Source: Candidatus Babeliales bacterium (GTDB lineage Bacteria > Babelota > Babeliae > Babelales > JANWKD01). Taken from it: DNA of 64,000 bases. Below, piece after piece: positions 38,185-47,901 of this stretch. The notes beneath the pieces were generated by a model, which saw only the letters and a program-made list of their open reading frames with translations, did no database searches and was not told the origin of the DNA. The stretch's first letter is position 1. Each line of letters opens with the position of its first letter. The DNA lies in the NCBI GenBank assembly GCA_963701665.1, contig OY969622.1, forward strand, positions 384,001 through 448,000, in the 5' to 3' direction. The translations under genes and the position numbers were made by a program.

Positions 38185-40413
38185 TTAAGCCGGCTTTAAA
38201 AAGTCGGCTTTTATTTTCTTAAGACCTGCTTTGAATTGTACGGTGGCATAGGTCGTTGTATCATCTTTTTGTTCAAGATTTTTTATAATTCCTAAACCAA
38301 ACTTTGTATGACGTACTGACTGTTTTTCGCGAAAAACGGTTTTTTTGTCCGTTGGATGTTCGATGCGTTCTTTCTGTGCAGCGCCAAACGTAATAACAGG
38401 CGATAATTTTTTTGTGACCTTTTCCCCAAACCACGAAGAAAAGAAAGCTACCAATTGATGAGTGTCCCAGCCTGAAACATCGTGCCTTGGTGCGAGTGCA
38501 GAAGGAATCTCATCCAAGAAACGCGAGCCAATTTGATCGTTCATGGTGCCAAAGGTGTAACGATAGCGCGCGTGTGAAAAAAGAATATATTCCTTTGCAC
38601 GCGTTATGCCAACATAAAGAAGCCGGCGTTCTTCTTCAAGACGTGCGCTTTCATAAAGCGCGTGCATGCTTGGGAATAATCCTTCTTCTAATCCTGTCAG
38701 TGCAACAACATCAAACTCAAGTCCTTTTGCCGCGTGCAAGGTCATGAGCTGAACATGATCGTGCTGCTCTTTTGTTTGTGCGATTTTTTCTTGCATCAAC
38801 GTAATTTCTTGTAATAACAAGCCGACTGATCTGATGCCTTGTTCTTCAAAATGACAAACTGCGCGCAACAGCTCTTTAATATTTTCAGTTTTTGCTTGCG
38901 CTTCCTCTGGTTCGAAGTTTTCTTTTAAATAGGTAAAATAGTGCGTATCAGCAAGAATGGTATTTATGCAGCCGAGTGGCTTAGCATCAAAAGAAAATGA
39001 GTGAATTAATGCGATGAACTGAGTAAGTTCCGTAGCTTTTTTTCCTGCAATGGCGCCCATTTTTATTAGCTGCTGTGCCACTTCACTAAAGGTAAGTAAT
39101 GGTTCTTGCTGCCATTGTTGCTCAAAAAGTTCTTCAAATTTTTTGCCAAACCCTCGTTGCGGTACATTCACGATACGAAAGAATGAAATCCTATCAAACG
39201 GATTTGCAATGAGGCGTAAATAGGCAAAGATATCTTTTATTTCTTTGCGCTCGTAAAATTGAATGCCGCCAATTATTTTATAAGGAATCGAGTGGCGAAT
39301 GAGCGCTTCTTCAATGATACGCGATTGATAATGCGCGCGATATAACACGGCGATCGAGTGATCTTTTTTTTCTTTTTTCATCCGATCGACTAGATGTGCA
39401 CACGCTTCACCTTCTTGATAGCCAGAAAGGCAGGTAATAACGCGTGCGCGCTGCGTTGCTTCTTTTTCTGACCAAATCTTTTTTGGGTTACGATAGGTAT
39501 TGTGCTCAATCACCTGATTGGCAATGTTCAAAATTGGTTGAACCGAGCGATAATTTTGTTCAATTTTGATGCGCGTGGTATTTGGAAAATCGTTGGTGAA
39601 TTGCATGATGTTAGCCACCGTGGCCCCTCGCCAAGAATAAATCGATTGATCTTCATCGCCGACAACACACAAAGAATCAAGAACGAACGTATCATTGTTG
39701 AGTGCCATATGTTTGAGCAATGCATGTTGCACGTGATTGGTATCTTGATACTCATCAACAAGTACATGGCGTATGGTGGCTTGAAACTGCTCTTTGAACC
39801 ATGTGTTGTTTGCAAATAATGCATTGACTTCAAGCAATAAATCATCAAAATCGATAACTTTGTTTACTTTTTTTTCTTTTTCATAGGTAGCATAGAGTTG
39901 CTCAAAGAGTTGTTCCTGCTGCGACGTTTCATGATCTCCTTGATAAGCTCCGCTATTTTTTTTGAGTGAAATTTGATAGCCCAATGTTTTAGCCGTAATT
40001 TTTTTTTCTGCATGAATTTGTTTGATCAATTTTTGTAACATGCTTTGTTGATCATCGGCATCAATAATGGAAAAAGGATCATGAGGAGCAAGTTGTGGAT
40101 GCTTTCTTAAAAGATATAAGCAGTAGGAATGAAAGGTGCCGATAAATGGTTTTGGTCCACCGCCAAGCTGTGCAGTGATTCTTTCTTTCATCTCACTCGC
40201 AGCTTTGTTCGTGAACGTCAATGCGATAATTGCGTACGGTGGTACGCGCTCGTTTAAAATAAGATTGATAATGCGTGATGTGATAACGCGCGTTTTGCCC
40301 GATCCCGCACCCGCAATGATGAGTAGTGAACCCTTTTTTTGTGCAACCGCGTGTTGTTGTTCTTGATTAAGTTGTGTTGAAAAAAAATGATTGAATGATT
40401 CTTGCTGATTCAT
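38185..40413 (-). CDS. uvrD: UvrD/PcrA ATP-dependent DNA helicase
   Basis: AGAGSGKT, VDEYQDTN, QNYRS, TLHAAKGLEF, EEERRLLYVGITRA. Confidence 0.95.
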   Translation of the reverse strand: MNQQESFNHFFSTQLNQEQQHAVAQKKGSLLIIAGAGSGKTRVITSRIINLILNERVPPYAIIALTFTNKAASEMKERITAQLGGGPKPFIGTFHSYCLYLLRKHPQLAPHDPFSIIDADDQQSMLQKLIKQIHAEKKITAKTLGYQISLKKNSGAYQGDHETSQQEQLFEQLYATYEKEKKVNKVIDFDDLLLEVNALFANNTWFKEQFQATIRHVLVDEYQDTNHVQHALLKHMALNNDTFVLDSLCVVGDEDQSIYSWRGATVANIMQFTNDFPNTTRIKIEQNYRSVQPILNIANQVIEHNTYRNPKKIWSEKEATQRARVITCLSGYQEGEACAHLVDRMKKEKKDHSIAVLYRAHYQSRIIEEALIRHSIPYKIIGGIQFYERKEIKDIFAYLRLIANPFDRISFFRIVNVPQRGFGKKFEELFEQQWQQEPLLTFSEVAQQLIKMGAIAGKKATELTQFIALIHSFSFDAKPLGCINTILADTHYFTYLKENFEPEEAQAKTENIKELLRAVCHFEEQGIRSVGLLLQEITLMQEKIAQTKEQHDHVQLMTLHAAKGLEFDVVALTGLEEGLFPSMHALYESARLEEERRLLYVGITRAKEYILFSHARYRYTFGTMNDQIGSRFLDEIPSALAPRHDVSGWDTHQLVAFFSSWFGEKVTKKLSPVITFGAAQKERIEHPTDKKTVFREKQSVRHTKFGLGIIKNLEQKDDTTTYATVQFKAGLKKIKADFLKPA

Positions 40414-40482
40414 AATGATAAAAAGTTTTGGTGTATTTTTTTATTGCTTCAAGGGTAATTGATTTTGCATAGTTGCGCAAAT

Positions 40483-40512
40483 ATAAAAGGAGCTCATGTG
40501 AGCTCCTTTTAT
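40483..40512. terminator. Intrinsic terminator hairpin downstream of 40526-41929
   Basis: ataaaaggagctca tg tgagctccttttat. Confidence 0.7.
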
Positions 40513-40525
40513 GCTATCAGTTTAA

Positions 40526-41929
40526 TTATGTACCAAACAATTTATAGCCCGTCGGTGAATTAAAGTTTTTCATCTTACATTCAAGATTTGCAAGAAATGC
40601 TGATGCTTGATCTCGGTTGGCTTCCATTTCATTTTTTTGTGCTTGGAGTTTTTTCCGTGATTCAACATCTGATTCTTTAGATGCTTTTTTAGCTGCATTT
40701 TCAATTTCACCACTGATCTTGGTTATAGATTCTTTGGATGATCCAATGGTGTCAGATAACCCTTTTTGTCTGCGGTCAAGGTACTTTTTATGTTCTTTTC
40801 TATCATTTTCAACAATATCCAATGCTTGTCTTGCATGACGTACGTGAGCAATTTCTTGGGTAAGTTTAAGGTTAGTTTCTTGTTTTTTTTGTTTAAGTTG
40901 TTTAATTTGCTTTATAAGATCATCTTGTTCATTGCCTAAGTCGTTAATCGTTGCATCTGAACCAACAATTGCTTTTTCAATTGCAGGTTTTACATACGTA
41001 AGAATGTTCTTTGAATGACGATATACATCAAGGCCATCAGGTTGTAATCCTGCATCAATCATATCTTCTTCATCAGTTTCATAATCAGCAGCACCGTAAA
41101 GCAATTCTTTTACTTTTTTCTTATCGTCTTTGAATTTTTTTTTAAGCGATTTGTAAATAAGTTTGCAATGTTCAAATTCGATCGATTGTTTTCGTTGTTC
41201 AAAAGGCATTTTTGATGTTTTTAATTTTAAACTCAAATAAAGATTAACCAACTCTTCAGTGTCAGCCAATCGTTCATAATATGTTTTCAAACTCACTTCT
41301 TGAGGTGCAGTGATTTCTGCCAAGCTTCTACTTCCAACCATTTCGCGTTGCTTTGTAGCATCAGCAAGAAAAATTTCAATTATTTTTCGGACAGTCAACT
41401 TTGGTGCTTTCTGTTCTTTATCATTACTATAAAAAAATTCTTGAGCTTGATCTAAAGCTGCTTTATCTGGATTTTTTTCGATTGATATAAATTCTGCTAT
41501 GTCTGATTGTAAATTACCAGAGATGCTAGATTTGATTGATTTGCGTAGTGAAGATGGTGAAAGTGGTGCATTATCTTCATCACTACCCTCACTACCGTCG
41601 CCTGTTTGCTCGTCATTTTTTGGAATTATATCTTCTTGGGATTGTCTTGCAGTACCAGGTTTTGGCTCTGGCATGATAACAATATGTTCTTCAACCAAGC
41701 TTGTAATATCTAATAACTGAACTGGTTGTTTCTCACCATTTTGATTGGATGTTTCTCTTTCCATGGCGATTGATTGAGGGGCTCTAAAGCCTTCGAGTGT
41801 TATGCCATTATTGTGTAATTCGGCGAGGCCCTCTGCGACAAGCGCAAGTTCAGAATCCTCCATACAGATGCTAATAGGCGCGTATATGAACAAAAAAAGA
41901 GCAAGACAAAAAAATCGTGCGTTCTTCAT
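40526..41929 (-). CDS. Secreted coiled-coil protein
   Basis: Signal peptide SIC|MED; K/E-rich helical C-terminal half; shares a motif with 42113-43012. Confidence 0.75.
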   Translation of the reverse strand: MKNARFFCLALFLFIYAPISICMEDSELALVAEGLAELHNNGITLEGFRAPQSIAMERETSNQNGEKQPVQLLDITSLVEEHIVIMPEPKPGTARQSQEDIIPKNDEQTGDGSEGSDEDNAPLSPSSLRKSIKSSISGNLQSDIAEFISIEKNPDKAALDQAQEFFYSNDKEQKAPKLTVRKIIEIFLADATKQREMVGSRSLAEITAPQEVSLKTYYERLADTEELVNLYLSLKLKTSKMPFEQRKQSIEFEHCKLIYKSLKKKFKDDKKKVKELLYGAADYETDEEDMIDAGLQPDGLDVYRHSKNILTYVKPAIEKAIVGSDATINDLGNEQDDLIKQIKQLKQKKQETNLKLTQEIAHVRHARQALDIVENDRKEHKKYLDRRQKGLSDTIGSSKESITKISGEIENAAKKASKESDVESRKKLQAQKNEMEANRDQASAFLANLECKMKNFNSPTGYKLFGT

Positions 41930-42057
41930 GATGATAATACTCCTTATTTTTTTTGAATATGAGTTAGTTGGTGAAGAAAACTGAGCCTACTATAATACAC
42001 GAGTTGGTTTTTTGGAAGAGATAATGAGTAATTATGATGGGTGATTAAAAAAGAATG

Positions 42058-42086
42058 AAAAAGCCTATCAAAATGATAGGCTTTTT
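42058..42086. terminator. Intrinsic terminator hairpin downstream of 42113-43012
   Basis: aaaaagcctatca aaa tgataggcttttt. Confidence 0.7.
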
Positions 42087-42112
42087 TAAATATTAGGGAT
42101 GGATGTTGATTT

Positions 42113-43012
42113 TTACCAACCAAACCAACCTTTTTTAGGTGCTTCTAATTTTGCAATAACCGCTCCGATCTTATCCAACTGTTCTTGCAATTTCTTTTTT
42201 TCTTCTAAAAGACTGGATTCAATGTTTACTTGTTCATTGAAGGCCGCCGTAATACTTTCACTTACTTCAGCATTATCAAGGAGGGCGCTCGACTCTCCTC
42301 TGCTACGAGCAATATGATCATCTAATACTTTTATTTTGTGGGTTAATTCTCCTCTACGTGCTTGAAGTAATGCTATTTCTTGTGCTCTATGATCACTGAA
42401 AATGGTATCAACGGCCTTTAGAGTATCTTGAGTCGATTTTACTGTTTCTAATTTTTGTTTAATGGTTCCTTTTTTTATAATCAAGTCTTTAAGGGTAGCA
42501 TTTGTTGCTTCTAATTCTTCTTCTAAATCTTTTATTACGCCATTGTTTGCATCCACATTGCTTTGATGTTTTATTGATCTGACGGCATCTAAAGCAATAA
42601 TTTTTTGATATGTTTTATTTTCATCTTCAATTCCTTTTTCATAATATTCTTCATCGTCGCTGAAAGAATCTGCGAGTCCAAATAAGTCCGCTTTTGCTTT
42701 CTTTTTATCGCGTTTATGAATGGCGACATGGGCCTTATAGGCCGTATTTAAATCATCATATTCTTCTGATGAGTAAAGTACAAAACGGCTTATTTTTGAT
42801 GCGGCAGCGGCTGCTTGCAAGAAATTTTGAACTGACTCTTCTCGTGAAGGTAATTCTGGACCGTTTGCCAATGCATTGTCTGTTTCAAGAACTACTGTAG
42901 GAGGATTATCGGTGCCAGCTTCTTCATCTGCTCTAAGAAGCTGATTCATGCAATGCGTAGCGGTGTGTGCCACCATCAAGCTCGCTAAACTAAGATAGAT
43001 GAGTTTCTTCAT
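42113..43012 (-). CDS. Secreted coiled-coil protein, paralog of 40526-41929
   Basis: Signal peptide THC|MNQ; DKKKAKADLFGLADSFSDDEE; C-terminal KKGWFGW. Confidence 0.75.
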   Translation of the reverse strand: MKKLIYLSLASLMVAHTATHCMNQLLRADEEAGTDNPPTVVLETDNALANGPELPSREESVQNFLQAAAAASKISRFVLYSSEEYDDLNTAYKAHVAIHKRDKKKAKADLFGLADSFSDDEEYYEKGIEDENKTYQKIIALDAVRSIKHQSNVDANNGVIKDLEEELEATNATLKDLIIKKGTIKQKLETVKSTQDTLKAVDTIFSDHRAQEIALLQARRGELTHKIKVLDDHIARSRGESSALLDNAEVSESITAAFNEQVNIESSLLEEKKKLQEQLDKIGAVIAKLEAPKKGWFGW

Positions 43013-43186
43013 AAGAACTCCCTTAAGAGTAAAAAAGGTTAGTATATGAAACCAATTTTACTCTAGTACATTGAAAAATATTTTGGAAGAAGTTTAATTG
43101 AAAAAAATATATGTATATACAAAGTATATACATTGTGGTAATCTAAAAAAGAAATATCAATATGCTTTGGATAGAACAGGAGAACT

Positions 43187-43417
43187 ATGAATAAAAAGCT
43201 TACTAAACATGGAAATAGTTTAGCTTTGGTGCTGGATAAGCCTTTATTGCAGCTTTTAAAAATTAATGAAGAGACAATTCTAGAAATATCTATAAAAAAC
43301 GGAAGTCTTATTATTTCTCCAGTTAAAAAAAGCAAAAAAAATAAGGGAGTTGAAGAAATAGCTGACCGTATTATGGATAAATATAGTGATGCTTTTAAAA
43401 AACTTTCTAAAACATGA
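43187..43417 (+). CDS. AbrB/MazE-type antitoxin
   Basis: KLTKHGNSLALVL; overlaps the downstream Doc gene (ATGA). Confidence 0.88.
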   Translation: MNKKLTKHGNSLALVLDKPLLQLLKINEETILEISIKNGSLIISPVKKSKKNKGVEEIADRIMDKYSDAFKKLSKT

Positions 43418-43809
43418 GTGAAATTAATTTTTTGACGATTGAGGATGTTCTTTTATTACATAAAAAGGTTATGGAACGGTTTGGTAATAAAACATATGTT
43501 CTGAGAGATCGAGGATTATTAGAATCAGCAGTTTTTCAACCTCAGGCTTTAGCATTTGGCGAATATCTCCATAAAGATATTTATGAAATGGCTGCAGCAT
43601 ATTGTTATCACATTATAAAAAATCATCCGTTTATTGATGGCAATAAGCGTACGGGTATATTAACTGCGCTTACTTTTCTTGAAAAAAATGGAATATCGAT
43701 TTCTGCAACTTCTGACGAAATATACATGTTTGCATTAGATGTGGCATCATCTAAAATTACTAAAGATGCAGCTTCAAAATTCTTTATGGCACATTCTGAA
43801 ATCGACTAA
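43414..43809 (+). CDS. Doc (death-on-curing) family Fic toxin
   Basis: LRDRGLLESA, HPFIDGNKRTG. Confidence 0.92.
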   Translation: MSEINFLTIEDVLLLHKKVMERFGNKTYVLRDRGLLESAVFQPQALAFGEYLHKDIYEMAAAYCYHIIKNHPFIDGNKRTGILTALTFLEKNGISISATSDEIYMFALDVASSKITKDAASKFFMAHSEID

Positions 43810-43838
43810 CTGATAACATCTTACAACAAAAAAGATAC

Positions 43839-44945
43839 TTATGCTTTCCAATTTTCAATGTAATCAGTGAGTGGAGCGATGTTTTCTTTATGCTTTGCAC
43901 TGATCAAAACATGTGGCATATATTTTTCTAATGAGTTTTCCAACGATGGCGTTACATTAATTTTGTCGGCTTTGTTCAATACATAAAGAATTGGTTTTTC
44001 AACGTTTAAATCATCAAGGATTTGTTCAACGACATGGATATGATTTTCCCAGTTAGGGTCAGAAACATCAACAACGTGCAACAATAGATCAGCGTATTGT
44101 AATTCCATAAGGGTGGATTTGAATGCTTCAATCAATTTTGGGGGAAGTAACTGGATGAAACCTACCGTATCGGAAATAACACCCTTTTTCTTGCCGCCAA
44201 TAAAAAGTTGCCGTGTTGTTGTATCCAGCGTAGCAAATAAGCGATCTTCTGCTAACACATCACTTTTAGTTAATGTATTAAGGATGGTTGATTTTCCTGC
44301 ATTGGTGTAACCAATTAAGCATATGAGCGGCACATCATGCGTTAACCGTTGTTTGCGTTGCGTTTCACGCGTTTGATGAATGCGTTCTAACTGTTTTTTG
44401 AGTTTGATAATTTCATCTTCAATGTGACGGCGCTCGCGCTCTTTTGCTGTTTCACCCGCGCCTGCCATGGTTCCCGCTGTACCGGATTGTTGCGCTAAAT
44501 GAACACCTCTTCCTGAAAGTCGAGATTTTTTGTGCTGCAGCATAGCAATTTGTACTTGCGTTTTGCCTTCAGCTGAATGAGCAGATTTTTCAAAAATTTC
44601 TAATATGAGTTGCGTGCGATCAAACACTTTTCTGTGCAAGAAGTCTCGCAAATTCCGTTCTTGTTGTGGCGAGATGGGTTCTGAAAGAATTACTTCATCA
44701 ATATCATGCTTTTCGCATAATTCAAGCAGTTGTTCCAATTTACCTTTTTGAATAAAAGTACCTGGATCGATATCACGTAACTTAAAAAAGATTATTTCAT
44801 CAAATTTAATATTGTTCGATTTAACGAGATTAACAAATTCTTCAAAATAGGCATTGATATCGGGCGTATGGTTATAGGGAGCGTGGATGCCTACTACAAG
44901 GACTTTGGGGCGGTATGCAGAGAGTAATTGAGCTTTTTTTGTCAT
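43839..44945 (-). CDS. hflX: Ribosome-splitting GTPase HflX
   Basis: DRTQLILEIF, GYTNAGKST, LFATLDTT, DTVGFI. Confidence 0.96.
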   Translation of the reverse strand: MTKKAQLLSAYRPKVLVVGIHAPYNHTPDINAYFEEFVNLVKSNNIKFDEIIFFKLRDIDPGTFIQKGKLEQLLELCEKHDIDEVILSEPISPQQERNLRDFLHRKVFDRTQLILEIFEKSAHSAEGKTQVQIAMLQHKKSRLSGRGVHLAQQSGTAGTMAGAGETAKERERRHIEDEIIKLKKQLERIHQTRETQRKQRLTHDVPLICLIGYTNAGKSTILNTLTKSDVLAEDRLFATLDTTTRQLFIGGKKKGVISDTVGFIQLLPPKLIEAFKSTLMELQYADLLLHVVDVSDPNWENHIHVVEQILDDLNVEKPILYVLNKADKINVTPSLENSLEKYMPHVLISAKHKENIAPLTDYIENWKA

Positions 44946-45012
44946 ATGTTTTTATTATTTTCTTATTAAAGTTATCTTTTTTTTCTAATAGTATACTAAA
45001 GATGGTGACGAA

Positions 45013-45582
45013 TGTCATTCTGAGGAGCGTAGCGACGTAGGAATCCAGTCTTTTGTATAAATCCTTTATAAAAACTCTGTTATTGTGACTTACGCAGTCA
45101 TGCGGGCCTCATGTCGGCCAGGCACAAGGTATTTTGTGCGCCCAAAATACCTTGAACAAAAGGGCGCCAACGTTCCGTTGGATTACTCCCGCTCGGCATG
45201 AACCACTCCATCATTGATGCTTCGCATCAAGATTCCAGATTCATGAACTCGCTATCGGATCCTCATTTAACAGAATTGTCATTGCGAGCCCTGTTAAGGG
45301 CGTGGCAATCCAGATAATAAAATTAGTTCCTTGAAATAAGGTTATATTAAAATTTTGGATTCCTACGTCGCTTCGCTTCTCAGAATGACAATACTTATAT
45401 TGTAAAAGTCATGTAGCGCGACAAGCTCAAAATCATGATGCGCAGCATCAATGTTTTTGAGTGCGCATTTCGCGCGGGAGAAAGGTCCAACAGAATGTTG
45501 GCGCCCTTTTGTTCAAGGTATTTTGGGCGCGCAAAATACCTTGTGTCTGGCCGACATGAGGCCCGCATAACTGCGTAAGTTA
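45013..45582. repeat. Mosaic repeat cluster: REP-A arm (45013-45048), family B (45086-45254), REP-A dimer (45277-45390), inverted family B (45414-45582)
   Basis: Direct comparison with copies at 31481, 31700, 38066 and 58863. Confidence 0.88.
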
Positions 45583-45672
45583 AAATTAAAAGCTTTTTCT
45601 AAAGAATCATAAATTGAGCAATCTCAATAATAATGATAGAATGGCATGGTCGATTAAATGTATAGGGAAGCC

Positions 45673-46020
45673 ATGATGATTAAAAAATATATTTTTGTTG
45701 TTACTTTGCTCTGTATTGCACAACCAACACAAGCAATCATGCGAGAGGTTTTAGATATCGTCACTGCTGGAGTATTGGCAGGAGGTGCCGTCTACGCAGG
45801 AAATGAAGCAAAAAAAGAATTTAAAAAATTAGATTCAAATAAAATATTTAAAGAACAAAAAAAGCAACTAGCAAAAGATATCCAAGAAACGAATTTGAAG
45901 AAAATCGGAAATAGTACAAAAGGTATCATGTGTGAATCTGCAAAGCCTGTTTTATTGACCGCCTATGCGGCGTATACGGGTTTGTTAGCTCTTGTGTTCT
46001 TTATTGATGCAATTAGGTAA
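45673..46020 (+). CDS. Hypothetical exported/membrane protein
   Basis: Signal peptide and two hydrophobic segments. Confidence 0.6.
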   Translation: MMIKKYIFVVTLLCIAQPTQAIMREVLDIVTAGVLAGGAVYAGNEAKKEFKKLDSNKIFKEQKKQLAKDIQETNLKKIGNSTKGIMCESAKPVLLTAYAAYTGLLALVFFIDAIR

Positions 46021-46033
46021 GGCACGTTAAAAA

Positions 46034-47365
46034 ATGTTTGAATTTTTATCCAACAAATTCGCCCACGTCTTTTCTCGTCTTGCTGGCCAAACGCAGCTGA
46101 CTGAAAAAAACATCCAAGAAACTATGCAAAAAGTGCGTGAGGCATTGTTGGGCGCTGATGTGCCGGATGCTGTTGTCGACACTTTTTTGCAGGAAATTTC
46201 ACAAGAGGTCGTTGGACAAAAATTAATCACTGCATCGTTGAAACCTGGTGAGCAGTTTATAAAAATTGTTCACAGCAAATTATTGGCGTTTTTAGGTGGG
46301 CAAGATACTTCTTTATTTACCTTCCAAATTCCTTCTATCGTTATGATGATGGGTCTTCAAGGTTCAGGAAAAACAACAACGACCGCAAAACTTGCTCGTT
46401 TTATAAAAAAACAAGCTGAGCAACGTGGCAAAACGCGTGCGATCTTGGTAGCCTCGATCGACTTTTATAGGCCAGCAGCGATCGATCAGCTTGAGATTGT
46501 TGCTCGACAAAATGATATTTCCTTTTATAGATCTCCTTATACAGAACCTTTGAAGGCTGCGCTGGATATCCATGCATATTATAAACAGCATGGCTTTGAG
46601 ATGTTGTTGCTTGATACTGCTGGTAGAATGCATGTTGATACTGCCATGATGCAAGAAATTCAACTTGTTGATCAGAAATTACAACCGAAATATAAATTTC
46701 TCGTGCTTGATGCTATGACAGGGCAAGAATCATTGCGTGTGGCACAATCTTTCCAAGATGCTGTCGGATTTCATGGCGCCATTCTTACAAAAATGGATAG
46801 TGAAACGCGCGCAGGATGTGCACTCGCCTTTCGGTATTGTTTGAAAAAACCGATTTTATTTGTCGGAACGGGCGAGAAAGCGAGTGATCTTGAACAATTT
46901 AGGCCTGAGCGTATTGCCGACCGCATGTTAGGCATGGGTGATATTCAAACACTCATTGAAAAAGCCGATGAAAAAATAAAAAAATCTGAACAAGAGGCAT
47001 TGGCTTCTTCTTTACAAAAAGGCAAAATGACGCTACATGATTTTGCCAAACAGCTAGAAATGATGAACAAGATAGGCTCATTGTCTCAAATTATGAAATA
47101 TATGCCGGGAGTACCCCTTGCTTCTGTATCTTCAGAAACGATAAACAAGGGCGAAGCTGAGCTTAAAAAGTTCAAAGCTATCATAAGTTCCATGACCATG
47201 AAAGAGCGATTGCTCCCTAATCTTCTTAACGCTTCACGCAAGCTGCGTGTTGCCAAGGGGGCTGGGGTGGTGGTCCACGATGTGAACATGTTATTAGATC
47301 GATTTGAAAAAAGTAAGGAAATTGTTAAACTTTTTAGTAAGTTTAAACGTTTCCCTGGATTTTAA
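46034..47365 (+). CDS. ffh: Signal recognition particle protein
   Basis: GLQGSGKTTT, DTAGR, RMLGMGD, M domain. Confidence 0.96.
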   Translation: MFEFLSNKFAHVFSRLAGQTQLTEKNIQETMQKVREALLGADVPDAVVDTFLQEISQEVVGQKLITASLKPGEQFIKIVHSKLLAFLGGQDTSLFTFQIPSIVMMMGLQGSGKTTTTAKLARFIKKQAEQRGKTRAILVASIDFYRPAAIDQLEIVARQNDISFYRSPYTEPLKAALDIHAYYKQHGFEMLLLDTAGRMHVDTAMMQEIQLVDQKLQPKYKFLVLDAMTGQESLRVAQSFQDAVGFHGAILTKMDSETRAGCALAFRYCLKKPILFVGTGEKASDLEQFRPERIADRMLGMGDIQTLIEKADEKIKKSEQEALASSLQKGKMTLHDFAKQLEMMNKIGSLSQIMKYMPGVPLASVSSETINKGEAELKKFKAIISSMTMKERLLPNLLNASRKLRVAKGAGVVVHDVNMLLDRFEKSKEIVKLFSKFKRFPGF

Positions 47366-47405
47366 CTAAAATTATACCGCTAGGTTTAAAGAAAGGATTT
47401 TCTAG

Positions 47406-47651
47406 ATGGCAGTAAAAATACGGCTGTCACGAATTGGTAAAAAGAATGCTCCTTTTTATCGTATCGTTGCCATTGATTCCCGTAAAAAAAGAGATGGAAA
47501 GTATATTGAAGATTTGGGTACCTATAACCCATTAACTGGTGAATTAATACAATTCCACCAAGCACGCGTTGATGAATGGCTTAAAAAGGGTGCAATTCCT
47601 TCTGAAACCGTTGAACGTTTGCACCGGTTAGCTAAGCAACGAGCGGCATAG
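47406..47651 (+). CDS. rpsP: 30S ribosomal protein S16
   Basis: MAVKIRLSRIG, PFYRIVA, GAIPSETV. Confidence 0.97.
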   Translation: MAVKIRLSRIGKKNAPFYRIVAIDSRKKRDGKYIEDLGTYNPLTGELIQFHQARVDEWLKKGAIPSETVERLHRLAKQRAA

Positions 47652-47665
47652 CACAGGAAGCCTAC

Positions 47666-47890
47666 ATGCTCAAACCATTATTAGAATTTGCAATTAAGCA
47701 TCTTGTTGATCATCCAGATCAAGTCATACTCCATGAGACCCAGACAGAATCAAAAATCGTTATAGAAATTAATGTTTCTCCTCTCGATCTTAAACGAGTT
47801 ATAGGAAAAGACGGCCGTATTGTACGAGCCCTGAGAACAATGGTAAATAATATCGATGGGGTTGGCCCTGTTGAGCTTATTGTAAAATAG
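47666..47890 (+). CDS. khpA: KH-domain RNA-binding protein KhpA
   Basis: LVDHPDQV, VIGKDGR; follows rpsP. Confidence 0.85.
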   Translation: MLKPLLEFAIKHLVDHPDQVILHETQTESKIVIEINVSPLDLKRVIGKDGRIVRALRTMVNNIDGVGPVELIVK

Positions 47891-47901
47891 CGTTGTTTCT
47901 C

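Noticed and set aside
43187..43809. AbrB-Doc pair as a novel defence system or prophage marker
   Set aside because: Ordinary type II toxin-antitoxin module; no phage or integrase genes nearby
45013..45582. Possible CRISPR array
   Set aside because: Repeats are inverted, long and irregularly spaced, with no unique equal-length spacers and no cas genes in the window
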